Below are positions 30,881 through 34,798 of a stretch of 34,798 nucleotides of DNA, piece by piece. Each line of letters starts with the position of its first letter. Positions within the stretch are counted from its first letter, which is position 1. The stretch is from Octopus bimaculoides (taxonomy: Eukaryota): the NCBI RefSeq assembly GCF_001194135.2, contig NC_068987.1:91263831-91298628 (forward strand), given 5' to 3'. Made by a program: the position numbers and the translations under genes. A model generated the notes under the pieces. The model was not told the origin of the DNA, did not search any database, and worked only from the letters and a program-made list of their open reading frames with translations.

Positions 30881-31870
30881 CAGACAACAGATGATTGTTT
30901 TTCTCTCCATCGATTTAAAAAAAACAACTTTATACTTTTTTATTTGAAATTTTCTCTGTTTTATCAATTCTGGCAACACCATGAGTCATGGTACTTAAGC
31001 TAGTAATAATGGATTTAGAGTTACTCTAGGGATTAAATTGGATTAAAGTCATAGTAATCCATGTCTTACCTTACTCTACGTACAACGGTGATCCAGCACA
31101 AGGGAAGGAAACCTGCTAGAAATAGTAGCTAAATATAACAAGAATCGCGTAGTACTGTGTTAGACAAAAACAAAAAATATATTGAACAATCTAGTCTTAA
31201 TTAGATAACATGATGAGATGGTCACGGCTGTAACGCTATTTGTAATAAACCAGCTTGAACAAGGATGACCTGAGAACAAACATCTGCAACAATTTCAACA
31301 ACAATTGGACAACAAAAACGCTGATCTTTCATAATACTTTGTGAAGACTGTTTGAAATAAGATCTTTTGATAAGAGGCTTAAGGCTTTACCCTTCTCTAA
31401 CAGGATTGTTATTCGTTGGTAACATTTAAATCTATTTTCTTGTCTTTCTAATCTATTTTAATATTGCCTTCATGTAAAGTTTTGCTATCCAGTTCTTGTT
31501 AAACCAACATAGACGGCTATAGTTATAAATTTCTGAAACGATTCGATTTGACCGAGTTCGACGCTGACCTACCAGTTCTTGAGACTATTATTGTTTCATT
31601 GAAATGCTTTTTTTTCTTTGTTCTATAATACACGGCTCGAGTATGAATGAGACAAATGGGCGCAGCTCTTTGGCGATGATGATTTGGCACGGCTGACTGG
31701 GCATTCAACCTATTTTTATGAAAGTACTTTTTGGCACTGGATGCAAACGCACACTACGCACGCGCACACTCGAGCGCATGCAGACACTCACGCGCACGCA
31801 CGCACACATGCACGCACGCACTTGCACATTTACGCGCACACGCATGCGCGTGCAGAAATATGCACATACT

Positions 31871-32336
31871 GGCGTAGGCGTGGCTGTGGTAAGAAGCTTG
31901 CTTCCAAACCCCATGGTTCCGGATTCAGACCCACTGCACGGTACCTTGGTCACGTGTCTTCAATTATAGTCCCAGGCCGATCAAAGTCTTGTGAGTGGAT
32001 TTGGTAGACCGAAACCGAAAGAAGCTCGTCGTATATATATATATATGTATATATATGTATATATATGTGTGTGTGTGTGTGTGAATGTGTGTGTGCATGT
32101 CTGTACGTGTGTGTGTGTGTGTGTCAATGTGTGTGTGTATGTGTGAATTGTGTCTGTCCCCCACCACCGCTTGACTACCGGTGCTTGTGTTTTTACGTCG
32201 CCATAAAAGTGACCGACAGAATAAGTTCCAGGCTAGAAAGCGAGAAGTAATGGGCTCGACTCATTGGCTAAAAATTCCTCAAAATGATGCTGCAGCATGG
32301 CCGTAATCTTCTGAATCGAGTAAAAGATAAAAGATA
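31871..32336 (+). mobile_element. SINE family A, full length
   Basis: tRNA-like head ggcgtaggcgtggctgtggtaagaag...ggattcagaccca, CORE-like accttggtcacgtgtctt, internal TA/TG microsatellite, and tail gtaaaagataaaagata. Confidence 0.9.
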
Positions 32337-32339
32337 TCG

Positions 32340-32577
<238 letters not shown>

Positions 32578-33136
32578 GGAGAAATATTAAAATGAGCGAG
32601 CACCGCCAAATAATTGGCGTCAAAATGGCTGCGCTGAAACGTTTCATTCCGATGCAAGCCTGGAAAGATCTAGGCTGGAGCTTTGAATAATTATTCCCTG
32701 AAGTCCCATACTCGAAATTGTGCCTCTGAAAGTTCCAATTGTGTTTTGTTTTGAGCCTTCACCACACGACTTTCATACACTTTATGGTACCAGTTTGAGG
32801 GACAGCTTTTCCAAAATACCGCCAAGATGTTTTGTAACCTATCCACACAAGTCTCTTCGTTCTCGAAGCCACCGATGATTACAAAAAGAAGATAAATCTG
32901 ATTCAACTTGATATCACTGTCTCGAGACTGCAGTCATTAACCACAACAAAAGCCACAAACCATTCCATATAGAATCTATAGCAATTCTACCGATCCTCCT
33001 CCTGTTCCACCCGGGTCCTGTACTTTATTTACCCAGTACAACACAATGAGAAAATTTATGTGATCACCTGGCTTGTAGGAAATCGCAGCCCAATATCCCT
33101 TTAATCATTCCCTAACAAGCATTCCATCGGTTGGGA

Positions 33137-33300
33137 AGAGAAGTGCTCCAGTTGATCCGATCAACGAAACACCCTGCTCGTGAAATTAACGTGAAAATGG
33201 CTGAGTACTCCACAGACCCGCGTAACCTTAACGTAGTTCTCAGGGAGATTCAGCGCTTTTGCTGTATTTCAAAGGGTCAGCCTTTGTAATACAGGTACTA
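33137..33300. repeat. Probable fragment of another octopod interspersed repeat
   Basis: ccagttgatccgatcaacg...tgctcgtgaaattaacgtg...ccttaacgtagttctcagggagattcagcg is recognised from recall only; single copy in this window. Confidence 0.4.
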
Positions 33301-34134
33301 ACCATTTTTGACGTTGAGTGGAACCAACCACGTTACGAAGCCAGGCGCCTTCACAATCACACCTTGTCGTATTTAAGATAGAACACTTTAGATGATGTAG
33401 CCCCCAAAAGGCGAGATGGTCATAGCTGGAATGCCGTGGTTTACAGACATGTTCAATTAGCGTAGAACTGGGATAAAACAGCAAAAACAACAAAATCAAA
33501 AGCAACAGTGACACAAGATTCCCGAGAGTTTGTAGATATTAAATTTATTGACAGACGGTTTAGTACAATGCTTTTTATCTTGAAAAAGCTTTTTTTTCAA
33601 TCCGTTTGGTCTGTTGAAAGAGCTGTACTTACGGCCTTTGCAGATTCTCTGTGATCTGTCAGACTGATGTGGTTAATGTTCTTTTTAGATTGTTGCAAGT
33701 AGAAGATGGCAGGGAAAAACATGAGCGAGTTGACGTAGGAAAGGAAAAGATGTAGTTTTTAGTACTGGACATATAGACTCTGGTTTATATGTCTGTTCAT
33801 GTAACCTTATATAACATTTAAACAGAGACAAACGCTTAGGCACAATCAAAAAGGCATTTTTGAATTAGATTCAGATGTTGGTATCGTTATATATGCATTG
33901 TAGTTCATAGTGCAAGGCATATAGGGTAGTTGGGTGGGTTGAAGAAACATGGGTAAGTAGAGAAGAGATGAATGAGATGAATGGCATTGACCAGTTGACG
34001 CTGGACAACACCTCGAAGAGTGTTAGTCGAACACATCGATGACAGTACGTTTTATGTTACGGGGAAGTAGACGAACCGACACTTGTTATAGAGCAATAAG
34101 GAGACTGACACAAACACAAAGACATAAGCATATA

Positions 34135-34280
34135 AAAGCCGGGTTTCTACGCAGTTTCCGTCTTCCAAATTTACTCAATAGCAAGAAGCCAGCTCGGGGC
34201 TACAGCAGAAGACACTTGTACAAGAGAGCGCTACGACTGAACTCGAAACCACTTAGTTGGAAAGGAATTTTCTTAACCTC
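34135..34280 (-). mobile_element. SINE family A head fragment (degenerate)
   Basis: cagtttccgtcttccaaatttactca...gctacagcagaagacacttg...gactgaactcgaaacca is similar to 13785-13915. Confidence 0.7.
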
Positions 34281-34739
34281 ATGGTCATGTATAAAGCATG
34301 ATATTTTTTATCTAAACTGGTAGTTAAGGAAATATATATAAAAAGAAAATGATATCTGTGTGTGCCTTTAACCCAATTAAACGTTTATAATCTTATGTAT
34401 ATCGGGATATACGATGCATTGAAATTAACCTGAGGGGCACACTTAAATTTTCACACCTACTTACAAAGTTCTACATACAAGAATAAATTATAAACAATAA
34501 AAACCCAAAATTTAATCAATAAAATTTCTCCAAAATTCGCCCACCTCCATAACAACCCACCCTGATTACCCCTCCACTGAAATCCACCCAAGGAAGACTT
34601 CAACTCAAGAGAGTCTATATATAAGTCAAGATTAACTTCAATGCATCGCAGTCCGACGATGGCTTAACTGGTTAACAAAATTCGAAGTTACTCTCTATAA
34701 TATTTTTGTTTAAGAATATATGTGTTATGTGTATGTGTG

Positions 34740-34798
<59 letters not shown>

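Noticed and set aside
33257-33300. Apparent inverted segment within the repeat at 33137-33300
   Set aside because: This depends on a remembered consensus; no second copy in the window confirms the orientation.

Overview
AT-rich, microsatellite-dense eukaryotic intergenic or intronic DNA with eight N-gaps. The repeat families resemble octopod (Octopus-like) cephalopod repeats; this is from recall, not a database search. No intact host protein-coding gene can be supported, and most ORFs in the track are microsatellite or N-gap artefacts. The window is a mosaic of decayed mobile elements. It holds Penelope-like retroelement (PLE) fragments at 223-488, 25700-26395 and 29194-29730. It holds at least four different 3' ends of restriction-like-endonuclease (R4/Dong-like) LINEs attached to (AAT)n or (CATA)n arrays, plus an RTE-type endonuclease remnant, a mariner fragment with an internal inversion and a TTAA-flanked long-TIR MITE. 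Many tRNA-derived SINEs from about three families are also present. The most interesting signals are three type I hammerhead-ribozyme folds tied to PLE terminal regions, all with damaged cores. One lies downstream of a tRNA-like Pol III promoter inside a PLE terminal repeat; the other two form a dissimilar pair 375 nt apart. Also notable is an RLE-LINE that appears to target (CATA)n instead of (TAA)n.
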